Assembly: GCA_035084275.1 (NCBI GenBank)
Contig: CM068769.1
Span: forward strand, 248,001 to 312,000
Reading direction: 5' to 3'
Length of the DNA: 64,000 nucleotides
DNA from: Hydrolagus colliei
Lineage: Eukaryota
How positions within the stretch are numbered: the first letter of the stretch is position 1; every line of letters starts with the position of its first letter. Below are positions 62,120-64,000 of this stretch, one piece after another. The notes beneath the pieces were generated by a model. It was not told where the DNA came from, did not search any database, and saw only the letters and a program-made list of their open reading frames with translations. The position numbers and the translations under genes are program-made.

Positions 62120-62852
62120 CTGAAACAAACACAAAGGTGAATTAACATCAGCAATGTTTCAGTAAAATTCTCCGGTATTCATCAATAATATTATGATATC
62201 AATACATACAACTTAGTATTATTGAAGAAAATAACAAGAATAATTATGAGACAAAGAGTGGTAGAATATTAATTCTTGTATTTAGAATAAATCCTGAACA
62301 TGTCGACAAACGATCCCAATGTGCTTCAGAATAGACGCGGTACAGTGGAGAGACTGTGTACCCTCCCTATGGAAATGGCGCTCCAGAAAGATTTTGTTGA
62401 TTCCATTGTTGCTACGTTTTATAAGAGTGGACCATAAACATCCATTTTGCGCACACTGGTGTCCCATAGACACATAGTTAGACCACGTACAGACACACAG
62501 GCAGACACAAATACACACCCACAGCTAGACAAAGGGAGACGGTGAATGAGACAGAAAGAGATAGAAAAATAGTATAAGTAATCATCCTTGAATTTGATGT
62601 AGCACTTTCCATATATTCTAGAATTGTCAAAGAGCTTGACAGAATATACTGTAAATTTTGTGGGGGACACGCGGCACCCAAATGCGCACAACAGTGTACC
62701 TCAAAAAGTCGTAGATTGAAATGAACTCGCAGTTGGAGGAGTTTGATGAGCAAGCGATGGATGTGTGTGGTGCTCAGTCATATTGCTGAATAGGTCTGTC
62801 TGTGACTGGCTCCTTTCATTCTAGGTTCAAACCCAGGAAACCTCTCACTCAC

Positions 62853-62896
62853 ATGTAAAGTCGCTGGCTTGTGCGCCGCCTCCCTCAGGTATGTTC
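62853..62896 (-). CDS. Receptor gene 2, cytoplasmic exon; upstream exons presumably lie beyond the window
   Basis: ctttttcag|G AAC ATA CCT GAG GGA GGC...TTT ACA T|GTGAGT; 44 nt. Confidence 0.83.
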
Positions 62897-64000
62897 CTGA
62901 AAAAGAAATCAGAGAGGAAAGAGGAATAAATTCACTGCTGTTTTATTCAAGAGGAAAACAGAGCTCAGATCTGCGCTTGTTTCAGCGCCAACAAAAAATA
63001 TTGCCTGTCAACTGTGGAATAATGGACCTGACAGGATTGTGGCTAAATAAGCAGCAAGGACATGAGGGGCTGAATGATCTGTGCATTATAATATTGCGTG
63101 CAGTTATGGTCTCCATTTGAAGAAAGGATATCCTCGCCTTTGTGCCTGGGGGGGGGGAGGGGGGTGCAGAACGTAGATTCACTAGGTTGCTACCTGGGAA
63201 AAGGGGAGGAGCTATGAGGATAGGTTGAGCAATCTAGGCCTATATTTTGAAGAATATAGAACCATCAGAGGTGATCCTATAATAACCTATGAGATTACTA
63301 AGGGGCACGGCAGAATGGATAGTGGGAGACCTAGTTGCAGAAAGTATAACCAGTGGACATAATATTGCAATTATTGGTCCATTCTCACTGAGATACGGAA
63401 AAGCTTCTTCACTCAGATGGCCGTGAATTTATGGAATTCTCTAAACTCAAAAGGCTGAAGATGTTCAATCCATGAAAATATTGAAGACTGAAATTGATAC
63501 ATTTCTTTTGGATCAAGTGAGTAAGGGATATGTGAAGGTGGATTTCGATTAGAAGATCAGTTATGACCTTATTTAATGGCGAGGCAAACTCGAGGAGCCG
63601 AATGGCCTACACCTGCTCATAATCCGTATATTCCTAAATTATTGTGCGTTCAAATCACTCCGAATTCACTTTGCCATTTTCAGTTTCAATTATTTTTGTT
63701 CTGGGACGGACAGTTATCTGACTTGTGCGAATCCATCTTACTGATTATGAATTCTAGTCACTATTCCTGCTGGTGGCAATTCCTGTGTTAGTAGTGTAAA
63801 TCCAATATCTCTGCCAACCTGACTGTAGTGAGGATTAAGCAAGAATAACTGAAAAGTTACGTTGACAGATCGCCTTTCGCGTGGGAAAGACGTCTCAAAG
63901 CGCCGAACAATCAAGTCGGGACCAGAGCGGGGGGGGGGGGGGGGGGGGGGGGGGGGAGGGGGGGGGGGAGGGGGGGGGGGTGTTAAGAAGGTGGGATGTT

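Noticed and set aside
63928-63980. Long poly-G tract
   Set aside because: Probably a sequencing or assembly artifact; cannot be interpreted

Overview
Vertebrate genomic DNA, almost certainly a cartilaginous fish. The inference rests on DeuSINE/SacSINE1-like SINEs, CR1 LINEs with (ATTCTATG)n tails and L2 LINEs; the species cannot be determined. Left half (1-27 kb): an array of eight minus-strand T-cell receptor alpha/delta-type V segments from three families, with 3' RSS (nominally 23-bp spacer). Six V segments lie in two copies of a duplicated three-V cassette. Six of the eight carry inactivating lesions; only the V at 4882-6040 and possibly the V at 13-2041 look usable. Right half: a complete 10-exon minus-strand gene (32225-42693) assembled by hand from splice sites and phases into one open frame of 422 aa. 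It encodes signal peptide - group-B-type SRCR - two LRC/FcR-like Ig domains - uncharged TM - tail with ITIM, ITIM and ITSM motifs. The last three exons of a diverged paralog lie at 61181-62896. Eight CTCF-like sites all point the same way (towards the predicted D/J/C side). All seven fully visible RSSs are followed within 13-16 nt by a tRNA-like SINE head. All alignments, counts and translations were done by eye; none were computed or database-searched.
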